Shown: piece after piece, positions 1 through 15,800 of the stretch
Layout: each line of letters starts with the position of its first letter
Numbering within the stretch: the first letter of the stretch is position 1
Origin: an uncultured Planctomycetia bacterium
GTDB lineage: Bacteria > Planctomycetota > Phycisphaerae > FEN-1346 > JAACEH01
Assembly (NCBI GenBank): GCA_903929765.1
Contig: CAIYVX010000082.1
Location: 16,974-80,973 of the forward strand
Direction: 5' to 3'
DNA length: 64,000 bases
The notes under the pieces: generated by a model
The model's input: only the letters and a program-made list of their open reading frames with translations
Told to the model about the DNA's origin: nothing
Databases searched by the model: none
Translations under genes and position numbers: made by a program

Positions 1-167
1 TCGCCTTTTTCATCGTGTACGCGGAGCGTAGTTTCGCGCCGCATAACCTTCGAGTACTTCGGATGCTTCACCGTCCGCTTCACCGAAACGGTGATGGTCT
101 TCTGCGACTTGGCGCTGGTGACCACGCCTTCGAGCGTCTCGAGTATTTTCGTCGGGTTCTGACTCAT
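1..167 (-). CDS. rpsQ: 30S ribosomal protein S17 (5' part only; 3' end lies beyond the window start)
   Basis: Minus-strand translation from ATG 167-165 reads MSQNPTKILETLEGVVTSAKSQKTITVSVKRTVKHPKYSKVMRRE, an S17-like N-terminus. ATGA start/stop overlap with rpmC. It follows L29 as in the S10/spc cluster. Not in the ORF track because it is truncated. Confidence 0.85.
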   Translation of the reverse strand, partial: MSQNPTKILETLEGVVTSAKSQKTITVSVKRTVKHPKYSKVMRRETTLRVHDEKG

Positions 168-382
168 GCTTTCACGCTCCCACCAGCAGACTGGGCGGCA
201 ATTTCTCGCTCACGCAACACCGTTTTAATCTTGGCCACGTCCTTGCGACCCTTAATAAGTTCGCTGACCTTCACCTTCTCCGTCACCGACTGGGTCCGCA
301 GGTCGAACAGGCGGCGCTCGATCGCTTCCAGTTCCGTCCCGAGTTGCGCCGATGAGTGGTCGCGCACTTCTTTAATCTTCAC
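164..382 (-). CDS. rpmC: 50S ribosomal protein L29
   Basis: Last 72 codons of ORF 164..499. GTG at 382 is preceded by GGAGA. VKIKEVRDHSSAQLGTELEAIERRLFDLRTQ is L29-like, and the gene lies between L16 and S17. Confidence 0.85.
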   Translation of the reverse strand: MKIKEVRDHSSAQLGTELEAIERRLFDLRTQSVTEKVKVSELIKGRKDVAKIKTVLREREIAAQSAGGSVKA

Positions 383-398
383 GCCTGATTCTCCGCTT

Positions 399-436
399 TC
401 GTAGGGGCACCCCTCGTGGACGCCCTGCCCTGCTAC
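399..436 (+). repeat. Family F (GTAG-headed) REP inside the ribosomal-protein operon
   Basis: TCGTAGGGGCAcccctcgtggacgcccTGCCCTGCTAC has the same head (TCGTAGGGGCA) and tail (TGCCCTGCT) as 63521-63552. It fills the 53-nt rplP-rpmC spacer. Confidence 0.5.
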
Positions 437-849
437 TAGAAACTGTGCCGCCGGACGACGAACCGCGTCTTGACCGGCAGTTTGTGGCTGACGCGACACA
501 ACGTTTCCTTGGCCGTCTCTTCCGAGACGCCGCCGACCTCAACCAGCACCTGGCCCGGCCGGACACACGCGACGTAATATTCTGGTTCGCCCTTGCCCTT
601 GCCCATGCGGGTTTCCAGGGGCTTGGCCGAAACCGGCTTGTGCGGGAACATCCGCATCCAAAGCTTGCCTTCGCGGTGCATGTGGTGCGTCGCCGTGACG
701 CGGCTGGCCTCAATCTGGTTGCCGGTGATCCAGGCCGCTTCGAGCGTCTGGAGGCCGTACTCGCCGAAGGCAACAAAGTTGCCACGGGTGGCGTTGCCAC
801 GAATGCGTCCGCGCTGGGCTTTGCGGAACTTAACTCGCTTTGGCATCAT
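436..849 (-). CDS. rplP: 50S ribosomal protein L16
   Basis: ORF 436..906. [23 protein letters not shown] is the canonical L16 N-terminus. Start set at ATG 849 (855 or 846 also possible); it overlaps the 3' end of rpsC. Confidence 0.9.
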   Translation of the reverse strand: MMPKRVKFRKAQRGRIRGNATRGNFVAFGEYGLQTLEAAWITGNQIEASRVTATHHMHREGKLWMRMFPHKPVSAKPLETRMGKGKGEPEYYVACVRPGQVLVEVGGVSEETAKETLCRVSHKLPVKTRFVVRRHSF

Positions 850-1492
850 GGCCATCGGCGGCGCCCTCCTCGTACTGCCCCTTGTAAATCCAAACCTTGA
901 TGCCAATCGCGCCGTAAGTCGTGAACGCTTCGGTGAAACCGTAGTCGATGTTGCTCATCAGCGTCTGCAGCGGAATCGACCCGACAATCTGCTTTTCGGT
1001 GCGGCTCATTTCCGCCCCGCCCAGACGACCGGCCAAGACGATCTTCACTCCTAAGGCTCCGTTCTGCATGATCGCTTCGGACCGCATCCGCAACACCCGC
1101 CGGAAAGCCTGGCGTTTCAACAGGTTGTCGGCAATCATCTCAGCGGCGAGCAAGGCGCTGGTGTCCGGGTTCTTGACTTCAATAATGTTCACGACCACCT
1201 TGCGGCTGGTCAGATCTTCGAGTTGCTCGCGCAGCTTGTCAACCTCGGCGCCTTTGCGACCGATGATCAGGCCGGGCCGGGCGGCGTGCAGCACAACCTT
1301 GAGTTCCTCGCGCGTCCGTTCGATCTCTACCTTCGGGATACCGGCGAACCGGTAGTTGTCCTTGATGAACTTCCTGATCTTGAAGTCCTCGATCAGCAGC
1401 ACCGGAAACACCTTTTTGCCGGCGTACCAGCGGCTTTTCCAGTCTTCAGTGATGCCGACCCGGAACCCGATTGGATTAACTTTTTGTCCCAT
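830..1492 (-). CDS. rpsC: 30S ribosomal protein S3
   Basis: [27 protein letters not shown]... over 220 aa is full-length S3-like, in conserved operon position. Confidence 0.95.
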   Translation of the reverse strand: MGQKVNPIGFRVGITEDWKSRWYAGKKVFPVLLIEDFKIRKFIKDNYRFAGIPKVEIERTREELKVVLHAARPGLIIGRKGAEVDKLREQLEDLTSRKVVVNIIEVKNPDTSALLAAEMIADNLLKRQAFRRVLRMRSEAIMQNGALGVKIVLAGRLGGAEMSRTEKQIVGSIPLQTLMSNIDYGFTEAFTTYGAIGIKVWIYKGQYEEGAADGHDAKAS

Positions 1493-1505
1493 GCTCTCCG
1501 GCTTC

Positions 1506-1838
1506 CTACTGTTTTTCGTCCAGTTCGACGATAATGTGACACGTCTGAATCTGTAGCGTATCAGCTCGCCCGCGACCGCGCGCCCAGAACCGCTTCATCG
1601 ACGGCCCCTCATCGACGCGAATGGTCGAAACGACCAGCGCTTCGAGATTGGCTTCCTTCTCGTCGGCGTTGGCCAGGGCCGACTTGATCACCAGGCGGGT
1701 GAAATAGGCCGCCCGCTGCGGCTGAAACTGAAGCTGATCCAAGGCCTGCTGGACCGGCAACCCGCGAACCGTATTGACCACCCGGCGCGCCTTGTGGGCC
1801 GCCATCGGGGCATACCTGTGTTTGGCTATGTATGGCAT
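1506..1838 (-). CDS. rplV: 50S ribosomal protein L22
   Basis: ORF 1506..1964, but L22 similarity starts at MPYIAKHRYAPMAAHKARRVVNTVRG (ATG 1838, GGAG 8 nt upstream). The Arg-rich N-terminal extension is an alternate-frame reading of the S19 Ala/Pro tail. Confidence 0.9.
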   Translation of the reverse strand: MPYIAKHRYAPMAAHKARRVVNTVRGLPVQQALDQLQFQPQRAAYFTRLVIKSALANADEKEANLEALVVSTIRVDEGPSMKRFWARGRGRADTLQIQTCHIIVELDEKQ

Positions 1839-1878
1839 CGCATCCACTCCAGGGTCCGCTTTCGGACCCGCATTACAC

Positions 1879-2196
1879 TTACGCCTTCGGCGCCGCCGGA
1901 GCCGGGGCCGCCGTCGCGGCCGCTGCCGCCGCCGCACGTCCGCCGGAATGACCGCGGAATACACGTGTCGGCGAGAATTCGCCCAGTTTATGGCCGACCA
2001 TGTCTTCCGTCACATAGACCCGATGAAAAATCTTGCCGTTGTGCACGTTGAAGGTGTGCCCGATGAAGTCCGGCACGATGGTCGAGCGCCGCGACCAGGT
2101 CTGCATCGGCGTCCGCTCGCCGGTGGCGTTCATCTTCTCCACGCGCGTCAGCAACTTCGCGTCCACAAACGGCCCTTTTTTCGTCGAACGACCCAT
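1879..2196 (-). CDS. rpsS: 30S ribosomal protein S19 (with Ala/Pro-rich C-terminal tail)
   Basis: [23 protein letters not shown]...[27 protein letters not shown] is S19-like. Confidence 0.95.
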   Translation of the reverse strand: MGRSTKKGPFVDAKLLTRVEKMNATGERTPMQTWSRRSTIVPDFIGHTFNVHNGKIFHRVYVTEDMVGHKLGEFSPTRVFRGHSGGRAAAAAAATAAPAPAAPKA

Positions 2197-2243
2197 AGCT
2201 TCCCTCGCTCTGGTCCGGACTCAAGCGGCCCGGACCGGACTGA

Positions 2244-3098
2244 CTATCTAAGTTTCACTTCGCCATAGCGACGGCTGCGGCGCCGCCGAATGATGTTCCG
2301 ACTCGTCGGATTGCGCGGCTTGCGGGTCCGACCGCCCTTGGCCAGCACGCCGGTGGGCGAGCAGGGATGGCGACCGCCGCCGGACCGACCCTCGCCGCCG
2401 CCCAGCGGATGATCCACGGGGTTCTGCGACGTGCCGCGATTGTGCGGCTTGCGGCCACGGTAGCGCGTCCGACCGGCCTTGCCCCAGCGGATGTTCTGAT
2501 AGTCGCCGTTGCCGAGCTTGCCGATGGTGGCCATGCAGTCCAGGTTGACACGCCGTGTTTCGCCGGACGGCATGATGATAGTGGCATCATTGCCTTCCTT
2601 GGCCGAGAGTACCGCCGCACGTCCGGCGGAGCGAATGAACTGGGCGCCGCGACCGCGGTGCAACTCGATGCAGTGAATCTCCAGGCCCGCCGGGATGTTG
2701 CGAATCGGCATAGCATTGCCGGGCTTCGGTTCAACGCGGTCGCCGCTCAGCAGCATCTCGCCGACCTTGATCCCCTCGGGACAGAGAATATAACGCTTCG
2801 CACCGTCGGCGTAGTGCAACAGGGCGATTCGGCAATTGCGGTTCGGATCGTACTCAATCGTAGCCACCTTGGCCGGAATGTCGAACTTTTCGCGTTTGAA
2901 GTCGATCAGGCGGTAAATCAGCCGTGCTCCGCCGCCACGGAACCGCACCGTGTGTACGCCCGTACAGTTGCGGCCGCCGTGCTTCTTGATCCGGAAACTG
3001 AGCGACTTTTCCGGCTTCGACGCCGTCAGATCCGAAAAGTCCTGAACGCTCGAATTGCGGCGCCCGGCGCTCGTCGGATTATAGACCCTGTTTGCCAT
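2244..3098 (-). CDS. rplB: 50S ribosomal protein L2
   Basis: 284 aa containing ...GGGEGRSGGGRHPCSPTGVLAKG..., the L2 C-terminal signature region. Operon position fits. Confidence 0.95.
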   Translation of the reverse strand: MANRVYNPTSAGRRNSSVQDFSDLTASKPEKSLSFRIKKHGGRNCTGVHTVRFRGGGARLIYRLIDFKREKFDIPAKVATIEYDPNRNCRIALLHYADGAKRYILCPEGIKVGEMLLSGDRVEPKPGNAMPIRNIPAGLEIHCIELHRGRGAQFIRSAGRAAVLSAKEGNDATIIMPSGETRRVNLDCMATIGKLGNGDYQNIRWGKAGRTRYRGRKPHNRGTSQNPVDHPLGGGEGRSGGGRHPCSPTGVLAKGGRTRKPRNPTSRNIIRRRRSRRYGEVKLR

Positions 3099-3158
3099 CT
3101 CGACCGTCCTCGTCTTAAACCTGTCGGGTCCGTTGACCCGGCCTGCGTAACTTAAGTT

Positions 3159-3440
3159 CTAGAACAAATCAATGTGGTCTTCTTCGTGCAGCGTGACCAC
3201 GGCTCTCTTGAAACTTTTGGTGTGCCCGACCTTCCGGGTCCGCGTGTGACGCACCTTGCCCTTGCGATTCATGGTCCGCACGTTGACCACGCGCACACCG
3301 TAAATCTGCTTGATCGCCGCAGCGATCTCGGCCTTGTTGGCATCCGCATGGACCTCAAAGGGGTACTGATTCAACTCCTCGTTCAAAGAGGTTCCCTTTT
3401 CGGTGATCATCGGACGAACGATAATTTTATACGGATCCAT
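3159..3440 (-). CDS. rplW: 50S ribosomal protein L23
   Basis: ORF 3159..3509. L23 similarity begins at MDPYKIIVRPMITEKGT (ATG 3440), directly after the rplD stop at 3443. Confidence 0.9.
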   Translation of the reverse strand: MDPYKIIVRPMITEKGTSLNEELNQYPFEVHADANKAEIAAAIKQIYGVRVVNVRTMNRKGKVRHTRTRKVGHTKSFKRAVVTLHEEDHIDLF

Positions 3441-3442
3441 TG

Positions 3443-4072
3443 CTAGTTGCTCCGTGCCGAAACCAGGGCATCGAACGCCTCGCGGGTGAAAATCAACCGC
3501 TTCGGCCACAGCACTTCCCAGGGATTGAGTTCAGCCACCGGCCGCACCTTCAACCGCGGCAGATTCCGCGAACTCTTCCAGATATTTTCGTTTGGATTAC
3601 CGATGGTCAACAGGCAGGTACTGGAAACTTTCAGGGCTTTGAGAATGGCCGTCATGCTCTTGGTCTTCGGGGCGGCGATCTCCAGAGCCGACAGCACACA
3701 GACCGACCCGTCGATCATCTTCGACAGGAGGGCCGAGTCCAGGGCCGCCCGCCGCGCCTGCTTCGGCATCGACTGGCGGAAGCTCCGGTTCTTCTTGCCG
3801 AAGGCCACACCGCCGCCCCGGCGGACATTGGTCCGGATGGTGCCCATGCGGGCCCGGCCGGTCCCCTTCTGCCGGTAAATCTTCTTCGTCGAGCCGGCCA
3901 CCAGGCCGCGACCCTTCGTCGTCGCCGTGCCTACATGCTGATTGGCCTCGTAGCGGATGATCGCGGCCCGCAACAACTCGCGCCGCACTTTCGACCCGAA
4001 CAGCGCCTCGTCGACCTGCACGGATTCGACCTGGCTGCCATCGGGACTATAGACCGGTATTTCCAACATCAC
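3443..4072 (-). CDS. rplD: 50S ribosomal protein L4
   Basis: 209 aa containing ...KGTGRARMGTIRTNVRRGGGVAFG..., an L4 hallmark. Confidence 0.95.
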   Translation of the reverse strand: MMLEIPVYSPDGSQVESVQVDEALFGSKVRRELLRAAIIRYEANQHVGTATTKGRGLVAGSTKKIYRQKGTGRARMGTIRTNVRRGGGVAFGKKNRSFRQSMPKQARRAALDSALLSKMIDGSVCVLSALEIAAPKTKSMTAILKALKVSSTCLLTIGNPNENIWKSSRNLPRLKVRPVAELNPWEVLWPKRLIFTREAFDALVSARSN

Positions 4073-4096
4073 GCTATCCTCGGACGTTCCTACGTC

Positions 4097-4732
4097 TTAT
4101 TCCTTGACGCTCTTACGAACCATCACATAGCCGCCTGTGGGACCGGGAATGCTGCCCTTGACGATCAGCAGATTCCTGGCCGCATCGATCTTGATTAACG
4201 TCAGCCGCTCGGCCGTGCGGCGCACATGGCCCATGTGGCCGGACATCTTTTTGCCGGGCAGAATGCCCTTGTCCGGTAGGGCGTTGGAGGCAATGGCCCC
4301 GGGACTGCGATGCTTGCGCTCGGTGCCGTGACTGGCGCACTGGCCGCCGAAGTGCCAGCGTTTCATGACGCCCTGAAAACCTTTACCCTTGGTCGTGCCG
4401 ACCACGTCGACCAGCTTCACGCCCTCAAACGAGCCGACCGTGATGGTCGCGCCCGGCTCGACCGTCTCGCCGGCCGCCAGGCGGAACTCACGGACATAAT
4501 ACATCGGTTTGCCGTTGGTCTTGGCCGCATGGCCGGCCAAAGGCTTCGTGATGCGGGCTTTCTTGAGCGGGTCGAAGCCGAGTTGCATGGCCTGATAGCC
4601 ATCGGTCTCCACGGTTCTGACCTGGAGTACGTGGCACGGCCCCGCCTCGATGAGCGTGACGGGAGAACTTCGGCCCTCGGTGTCAAAAAGCTGAGTCATA
4701 CCCAGCTTTTTGCCAAGAATTGCTGGCGCCAT
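4097..4732 (-). CDS. rplC: 50S ribosomal protein L3
   Basis: ORF 4097..4747 starts at a GTG. ATG 4732 (MAPAILGKKLGMTQLF) has GAGGA 9 nt upstream and matches the usual L3 N-terminus. Confidence 0.9.
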   Translation of the reverse strand: MAPAILGKKLGMTQLFDTEGRSSPVTLIEAGPCHVLQVRTVETDGYQAMQLGFDPLKKARITKPLAGHAAKTNGKPMYYVREFRLAAGETVEPGATITVGSFEGVKLVDVVGTTKGKGFQGVMKRWHFGGQCASHGTERKHRSPGAIASNALPDKGILPGKKMSGHMGHVRRTAERLTLIKIDAARNLLIVKGSIPGPTGGYVMVRKSVKE

Positions 4733-4820
4733 CTCTAAGTTCCTCACTTGCGCGGTAGTCGGGCCGTGGCACGGCCACTATCGCTCGCTAGGACTTCACC
4801 CGCTGGACTGCCGACCAAGG

Positions 4821-5129
4821 TTAAGCCTTGATCTTGATATAAACGCCGGCGGGCATATTCAACTTGTTGAGCGCATCGACCGTCTTGGCCGTCGGCTCTT
4901 CAATATCGATCAGACGCTTGTGCGTCCGAATCTCAAACTGTTCGCGCGACTTCTTGTCCGTGTGCGGCGAACGCAACACCGTGTACCGTTCGATTCTCGT
5001 CGGCAGCGGAATCGGCCCCTTGACCCGGGCCCCGGTCCGCTTGCTGGTCTCGACGATCTCCATCGCGCTGGTATCCAGAACGCGGTGATCGTAGGCTTCC
5101 ATCCGGATACGAATTCGGCCTTCTGGCAT
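4821..5129 (-). CDS. rpsJ: 30S ribosomal protein S10
   Basis: 102 aa: [39 protein letters not shown]... is S10-like. Confidence 0.95.
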   Translation of the reverse strand: MPEGRIRIRMEAYDHRVLDTSAMEIVETSKRTGARVKGPIPLPTRIERYTVLRSPHTDKKSREQFEIRTHKRLIDIEEPTAKTVDALNKLNMPAGVYIKIKA

Positions 5130-5255
5130 ATCTTGCTCTCACTCCCGAAAACTGACCCGCCCAGTACGGCCACAGTTCGTTGTTCACTTGTTCCGAAGCC
5201 GCCCTGCCGCCCGACTCCTTCACTCTACCGCATTTACCAATTCGACAGACCGAGC

Positions 5256-5283
5256 AGTCTATCATCCCGAAGCGTTATGTCAA
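5256..5283 (-). promoter_or_regulatory. Candidate sigma-70 promoter of the S10 operon
   Basis: Minus strand reads TTGACA(5283-5278)-16 nt-TAGACT(5261-5256), about 125 nt upstream of the rpsJ ATG, in the 194-nt fusA-rpsJ spacer. Confidence 0.4.
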
Positions 5284-5323
5284 ACAGAAAAATTACTTTT
5301 CTGACACAAAAAATACTATTTTC

Positions 5324-7435
5324 TTACTTCAAGCCGTTCGCGATGTCCTCGGCCACGCTCTCCGGCACCGGTGCGTAAACGTGCGGTTCCATGCTGTAGG
5401 AGGCCCGACCCTGGGTCAAACCACGAATCACAGTTGAATATCCAAACATCTCGCCAAGAGGAACTTCTGCATGAATGATTCGCAGATTGTTCCGCATGTC
5501 GGTGTGGGTGATCGTGGCCCGGCGGCTCATCAGGTCGCCCGTCACGTCGCCGAAAAACTCGTTGGGTGTCACGACTTCGACCTTCATCAGCGGTTCCAGC
5601 AGCGTCACCCCGGCGTGTTCCACGGCCGCCTTGAGGGCAATGGACCCGGCCGCCTCGAAGGCCATTTCGGAGGAGTCCACCGGGTGATCCTTGCCGTCCA
5701 CCAGAGAAACCTTGATATCAATAAGCGGATATCCCGAGACGATGCCGCTCTGGGCTGCGGTGCGGACGCCGGCTTCAACGGCCGGGATGTAGTTCCGTTC
5801 GATGGCCCCCTGGCGAATCTCATTGACGAAGGTCACCGTAATGTCTTCGTCCTCGTTCTTGAAGGGTTCGACCACCAACTTGCAGACGGCGAAGGCTCCG
5901 TGGCCGCCGGTCTGGCGAACAAATTTTCCTTCGGCCTGGGCGGCGCTCTTGATGGTTTCGCGATAGGCCACGCGCGGCCGGCCGACGCGCACGTCGAGAT
6001 TAAAGTCGCGCAGCATCCGGTGCTTCAACACCTCCAGGTGCAACTCGCCCATGCCGGCGACGATGGTCTGGCCGGTCTCGGAGTCGCCGAAGAATTTAAA
6101 CGTCGGATCCTCGCGGGCCAGGATGCGCAGCACCTCGCCCAGGCGGTCCTTCTCGGCGCTCGACTGCGGTTCGATCGACATCGAAATTACCGTCTTGGGG
6201 AAGTGCATCTTTTGCAGCAGCACCGGACGCTTCGGGTCGCAGAGCGTGTCGCCGGTGACCGACTCCTTCGGCCCCACGGCGGCGATGATGTCGCCGGCCA
6301 CGGCCTCGTCGACCCGAATCCGCTCGTCGGCGTGCATCCGCCACAGGCGGCTGACGATTTCCTTCTTGTCACGGTTGACGTTCAGAACCCGCGAGCCGGA
6401 CTTCAGCGTCCCCGAGTAGATGCGAATCCAGGTCAGGTCGCCGTGCTGGTCGCTGGCAATCTTGAAGGCCAGCCCGGCAAACGGTTCATTCGGGTCGGGA
6501 TGAAGTTCGACCATCTCCTCTTTTTTCTCTTTGTCTTTGCTCGGCACGTGAGCCTGGTAAACGCCGATGTCGGCCGGACTCGGCAGGTAGGCCACCACCG
6601 CGTCCAGGAGCGGCTGAATATTCCGTTTTTTCAGGGCCGACCCGCAGAGCACGGGGTTGACCCGGCCGAGGATGGTGCCCTTGCGGATGGCCCGGCGAAT
6701 CATCTCGTTGGTGATCGTCTGATGCTCCAGGTAGGCGTGCATCATTTCATCGTCGAACTCGGCCACGTGTTCGATCAGGTGTTCGCGTTCGATGTGGGCG
6801 GTGACGTGCTGCTCCTCGCTGATCTCCGTCTCTTCGAATTTGTTGCCCATTTCGTCCGTGTAGACGTAACCCTTCTGCTCGATGACGTCGATGAACCCGT
6901 TAAAATCGGCTTCCCGGCCCAGGGGCAGAATCACCGGCACGGGATTGGAGTGCAACCGTTCCTTGATGTCGGCCAACACGCGGGCGAAATCGGCCCCCGT
7001 GCGGTCAAGCTTGTTGATGAAAATCAGGCGCGGCACCTTGTAGCGGTCGGCCTGGCGCCAGACCGTCTCGCTCTGGGCCTCGACCCCGGCCACGCCGCAA
7101 AAAACGGTGATCGCTCCGTCCAGCACGCGCAGCGAACGCTCGACCTCGGCCGTAAAATCGACATGGCCCGGCGTATCGATCAGGTTGATCGTGTGGTCGG
7201 CCCACGGGCAGGTTGTGGCCGCAGCGTGAATGGTGATGCCGCGGGCCTGCTCCTCGGGGTCGAAGTCCATGATGGCCGTGCCCTCGTGGACCTCGCCCAT
7301 CTTGTGCGTCAGCCCCGTGTAATAGAGGATCCGCTCCGTAACCGTGGTCTTGCCGGCGTCGATGTGTGCCATGACACCGATGTTGCGCAGTTGCCGCAGA
7401 TCAAACTGAACTTGAGATTCGCCTTTTTCCGTCAT
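5324..7435 (-). CDS. fusA: Translation elongation factor G
   Basis: 703 aa: [24 protein letters not shown]..., with a G domain and EF-G domains II-V throughout. Confidence 0.97.
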   Translation of the reverse strand: MTEKGESQVQFDLRQLRNIGVMAHIDAGKTTVTERILYYTGLTHKMGEVHEGTAIMDFDPEEQARGITIHAAATTCPWADHTINLIDTPGHVDFTAEVERSLRVLDGAITVFCGVAGVEAQSETVWRQADRYKVPRLIFINKLDRTGADFARVLADIKERLHSNPVPVILPLGREADFNGFIDVIEQKGYVYTDEMGNKFEETEISEEQHVTAHIEREHLIEHVAEFDDEMMHAYLEHQTITNEMIRRAIRKGTILGRVNPVLCGSALKKRNIQPLLDAVVAYLPSPADIGVYQAHVPSKDKEKKEEMVELHPDPNEPFAGLAFKIASDQHGDLTWIRIYSGTLKSGSRVLNVNRDKKEIVSRLWRMHADERIRVDEAVAGDIIAAVGPKESVTGDTLCDPKRPVLLQKMHFPKTVISMSIEPQSSAEKDRLGEVLRILAREDPTFKFFGDSETGQTIVAGMGELHLEVLKHRMLRDFNLDVRVGRPRVAYRETIKSAAQAEGKFVRQTGGHGAFAVCKLVVEPFKNEDEDITVTFVNEIRQGAIERNYIPAVEAGVRTAAQSGIVSGYPLIDIKVSLVDGKDHPVDSSEMAFEAAGSIALKAAVEHAGVTLLEPLMKVEVVTPNEFFGDVTGDLMSRRATITHTDMRNNLRIIHAEVPLGEMFGYSTVIRGLTQGRASYSMEPHVYAPVPESVAEDIANGLK

Positions 7436-7530
7436 TTGTCCTTACCCATAAAAAGACCGACGGCGAGGTCGTCGCATTCCTGCGGCCGACCTCGCCGTGG
7501 TCGACCGTGGCCTGGGGCCACGGACTCGTG

Positions 7531-8004
7531 TTACCACGCAAAGTGGGCAAAGGCCGTGTTGGCCTCGGCCATCTTATTCACATTTTCCCGAGTGGTCATG
7601 GCGGTGCCTTCCTTGCGATACGCCGCCATCAATTCATCGGCCAGGCGAACGCACATGGCCTTGCCGCCCTTGTCGCGAGCAGCGCCAAGAATCCAGCGGA
7701 TGGCCAGCGACTGCTGGCGCTTCCGGTTAACCTGCATCGGCACCTGGTAGGTGGCCCCGCCGACGCGCTTGGAACGCACTTCGAGGTAAGGCTTGACGTT
7801 GTTCAACGCCGTCTCAAAGACGACGATCGGCTCGGCGTCCTTGATCTTCTTGGCGATGATCTCCAGCGCATCATAGAAGATCCGCTGGGCCACGCTCTTC
7901 TTGCCTTGCCACATCATGCAGTTAATGAACTTGGCCGCCAGAACGTTGCCGAACTTCGGGTCCGGCTTCAACGTCTCGACCGATGCCGTGAATTTCTTCG
8001 CCAT
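7531..8004 (-). CDS. rpsG: 30S ribosomal protein S7
   Basis: 157 aa: ...[23 protein letters not shown]... is S7-like, in str-operon position. Confidence 0.95.
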   Translation of the reverse strand: MAKKFTASVETLKPDPKFGNVLAAKFINCMMWQGKKSVAQRIFYDALEIIAKKIKDAEPIVVFETALNNVKPYLEVRSKRVGGATYQVPMQVNRKRQQSLAIRWILGAARDKGGKAMCVRLADELMAAYRKEGTAMTTRENVNKMAEANTAFAHFAW

Positions 8005-8061
8005 CCGTTATCCTCTTTACCCCTTGCGGCGGCCATAAGGCCCGAGCCGCAAAAAATGTCC

Positions 8062-8433
8062 TTACTTGCCTTTCTTCGCCCCGTACCGTGAACGCGACTG
8101 CTTGCGGGCCTCGACGCCCATCGCGTCGAGTGTGCCGCGGATAATGTGGTAGCGCACGCCGGGCAGATCGCGGACGCGCCCACCGCGCACCAGCACGATC
8201 GAGTGTTCCTGCAGGTTGTGATCGACGCCTGGAATGTAGACGGTCACTTCCTTGCCGTTCGAGAGCCGCACGCGAGCCACTTTCCGCAAGGCCGAGTTCG
8301 GCTTCTTGGGCGTCATGGTCTTTACCAGCGTGCATACGCCGCGCTTGAACGGGTTCCGGTCGAGCACCGGGCTCTTCGACTTGGCCCGGACCTTGTTCCG
8401 ACCCTTCCTGATCAACTGGTTAACTGTGGGCAT
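8062..8433 (-). CDS. rpsL: 30S ribosomal protein S12
   Basis: [15 protein letters not shown]...[20 protein letters not shown] is canonical S12. Confidence 0.97.
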   Translation of the reverse strand: MPTVNQLIRKGRNKVRAKSKSPVLDRNPFKRGVCTLVKTMTPKKPNSALRKVARVRLSNGKEVTVYIPGVDHNLQEHSIVLVRGGRVRDLPGVRYHIIRGTLDAMGVEARKQSRSRYGAKKGK

Positions 8434-8514
8434 CGAAACCGCCTCTCCTGTTTTCAGTCCTTCTTCAACTTCCGGTTATCCCAGCGCCGCCCAAAGGGCC
8501 GACGCGAGTCCCAT

Positions 8515-8538
8515 AGTATAGCACATCTTTTCGGGATT

Positions 8539-8542
<4 letters not shown>
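8515..8542 (-). promoter_or_regulatory. Candidate promoter of the str operon (rpsL-rpsG-fusA)
   Basis: Minus strand reads TTGAAA(8542-8537)-16 nt-TATACT(8520-8515), with a TGc extended -10 immediately upstream. The -35 overlaps the rpoC stop codon. It lies about 80 nt upstream of rpsL. Confidence 0.5.
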
Positions 8543-12843
<4,301 letters not shown>

Positions 12844-12897
12844 ATTTCCGCTCCTCTGGAAATCCCTCGTCCGGCCCTGAAGCGGCCGGCCAAAGAA

Positions 12898-15800
12898 CTA
12901 AATCCTCTTCTTTTCCATCTGAATGTTCAGGCCCAGGCCCTTGATTTCGTTGCACAGAACGTCGAAGGACACCGGCGTCCCGGCCTCGAGCTTGTTCTTG
13001 CCCATCACGATGGCCTCGTAAATCTTCGTCCGGCCCTCGACGTCGTCGCTCTTTACGGTCAGTAGTTCCTGGAGAATGTGGGCGGCGCCGTACGCCTCCA
13101 GGCCCCACACTTCCATTTCGCCGAACCGCTGACCGCCGCTGCGGGCCTTGCCGCCCAGGGGCTGCTGGGTGATCAAGCTGTACGGCCCCGTGGCCCGGGC
13201 GTGCACCTTGTCGTCGACCAGGTGATGGAGCTTCATCATGTAAATGTACCCAACCGTCACTTGCTGGTCGAACGGCTCGCCCGTGCGCCCGTCGTACATC
13301 TCCACCTTCCCGGAGGACGGCAGACCGGCTTCTTCCAGCAACTCGTGAATCGTGTCTTCCTTGCAGCCGTCGAAAATCGGCGTGATGGCCTGGAAGCCCA
13401 GCAACTTGGCCGCCCAGCCCAGGTGCGTCTCCAGAATCTGCCCGACGTTCATGCGGCTCGGAACGCCCAGCGGGTTCAGCAGAATCTCGACCGGCGTGCC
13501 ATCGGCCTGGAACGGCATGTCCTCTTCCGGCAGAATCCGGGCAATGACGCCCTTGTTGCCGTGCCGGCCGGCCATCTTGTCGCCCACCGAAAGTTTACGC
13601 TTCGTGGCGATGTAAATCTTGACCATTTCCAGCACGCCCGAAGGCAACTCGTCGCCGCGCTTCAGGCGGTTCAACTCACGTTCCCGGTCGTCCAGCAGGG
13701 TCTGCAGTCGCGGCCAGGCCCGCACCACGTAGGCCCGCCCGTCATCAACATTCTTCGACCGCGTCTTCAAGGCATCGTAGTTGAATGCCGACGCTTCACG
13801 CACCAGGTCGGCTTCAACCTGGCTCGTGGCGTACTCGACGCCGTTCTGCGGATCGGCCACCTTGGTGTTCAGCATCACGTTCAGATTTGTGATGATCTCG
13901 CGGAACACGTCGGCGATGCGGGCGTTGATTTCCTTCTCGAACTTGCGGGCTTCGCGCTGCCGGTTCTTCTTGGCGTCCTCGCTCAGGTGCTGGAGCCGCG
14001 AAAAATGGCTGTGCCCGATGACGATGCCCTCGGTGCCCGCCGGCACGGTCAGCGAATCGTTTTTCACGTCCTCGCCCGCACGGCCGAAAATGGCGTGCAG
14101 CAGTTTCTCTTCCGGCGACAGCTCGCTCTTGGATTTCGGACTGACCTTGCCGACCAGCAGGTCGTTCGGGCCGACCCGCGTCCCGACCCGGACCACGCCC
14201 ATTTCGTCCAGATTCCGCAGGGCCTTTTCACTGACGTTGGGAATGTCGCGCGTGAACTCCTCGCGGCCCAACTTCGTCTCGCGGATCTCGACGTCGAACT
14301 CTTCGATATGAATCGACGTGAACCGGTCGTCCTTCAGCAGGCTCTCGCTGATCAGGATGGCGTCCTCGAAGTTAAAGCCGTCCCAGGCCATGAAGCCCAC
14401 CAGGACGTTCTTCCCGAGGGCCAGTTCGCCCTGGTTCGTCCCGGCCCCGTCGGCCACGATCTGTCCCTTCTTCACCTTCTGACCCTGGCGGACGATGGCC
14501 GTCTGGTTCAGGCAGGTCCGCTCGTTCATCCCGACGTACTTGCGCAACTCGTATTCGTCCTCGTCGTCGATGATGATCCGCTGGCTGTCGACGTAGGTCA
14601 CCGTCCCGGCGCGCTTGGTCCGGACCACCAGACCCGAATTCTGGGCCACCGGCTTTTCCATGCCCGTAGCCACGATCGGCGGCTCCGGCCTCAAGAGCGG
14701 CACGGCCTGACGCTGCATGTTCGAACCCATCAAGGCCCGGTTGGCGTCGTCGTGCTCCAGGAACGGAATGAGACTGGCCGAGACGCCGACCAACTGCTTC
14801 GGGCTGACGTCACAATACGTCACGTCCTCGGGCGCCACCTCGCGGAAGTCGCCGCCCTGGCGGCTCAGAACCGTCGTCCCCTTGATTTTCTTATTGTCGT
14901 CCTGCGGCACGTCGGCCGGGGCCAGCACCGCCGCCAGATCCTCGTCGGCCCGCAGGTTCACCACCTCATCGGTGATCTTCGACCGGGACACTTTGCGGTA
15001 AGGCGTGATCAGGAAGCCGTACTCGTCCACCGCGGCAAAGATACTGAGCTGGGCGATCAGACCGATGTTCGTGCCTTCCGGCGTCTCGATCGGACAGATG
15101 CGGCCATAATGGCTGATGTGTACGTCGCGGACCTCGAAGCCCGCACGCTTCCGGTTCAATCCGCCCGGTCCCAGGGCGCTCAAGCGACGCTCGTGGGCCA
15201 GGGTGCTCAGAGCGTTGGTCTGGTCGACCACCTGCGACAACTCGCTCCGGCCGAAGAAAAACTCGATGGCCGACGAAACGCTCTTGGTGTTGATCAGCGT
15301 GCGCGGCGTCATCTCCTTGGGATCTTTGATGCTCATCCGTTCCTGGACGGTGCGGCGCAGCTTCAGGAAGCCCTTGCGGATTTCGTCGCCCGACAATTCG
15401 TCGATGGTCCGCAGGCGGCGATTACCCAGGTCGTCGATATCGTCGACCAGGCCTTCGCCGGCCCGCAGCTTCATGATGTAACGGATCGATTCGATGAAGT
15501 CCTCGGGCCGCAAGGTCATCTCGGTGTCCTTGACCTCGGTCCCGAACTTGCGGTTCAGACGGAACCGGCCCACGCGGCCCAACCGGTAGCGATTCTCGTC
15601 ATAGAATTTCTCAAAGAAAAGCTGCTTGGCCTTGTCGAGGTTCGGCGGGTTGCCGACGCGGAGTCGGGCATAGATCCGCAGCAACGCGTCGTCGTTGGTC
15701 TTCGTCGAATCTTCGGCCAGCGTGTTCAGAATCAGCGGATCGACCACCTTCTGATCGACCACTTCCAACTGCTTAATCGTCGAGTTGCGGATCACGTCCC

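Noticed and set aside
4748-4820. GGCCGTGgCACGGCC palindrome in the rpsJ-rplC spacer, as another REP copy.
   Set aside because: Only a short palindrome with a 1-nt centre, and no extended similarity to any family beyond the GTGGCAC core. The evidence is insufficient.
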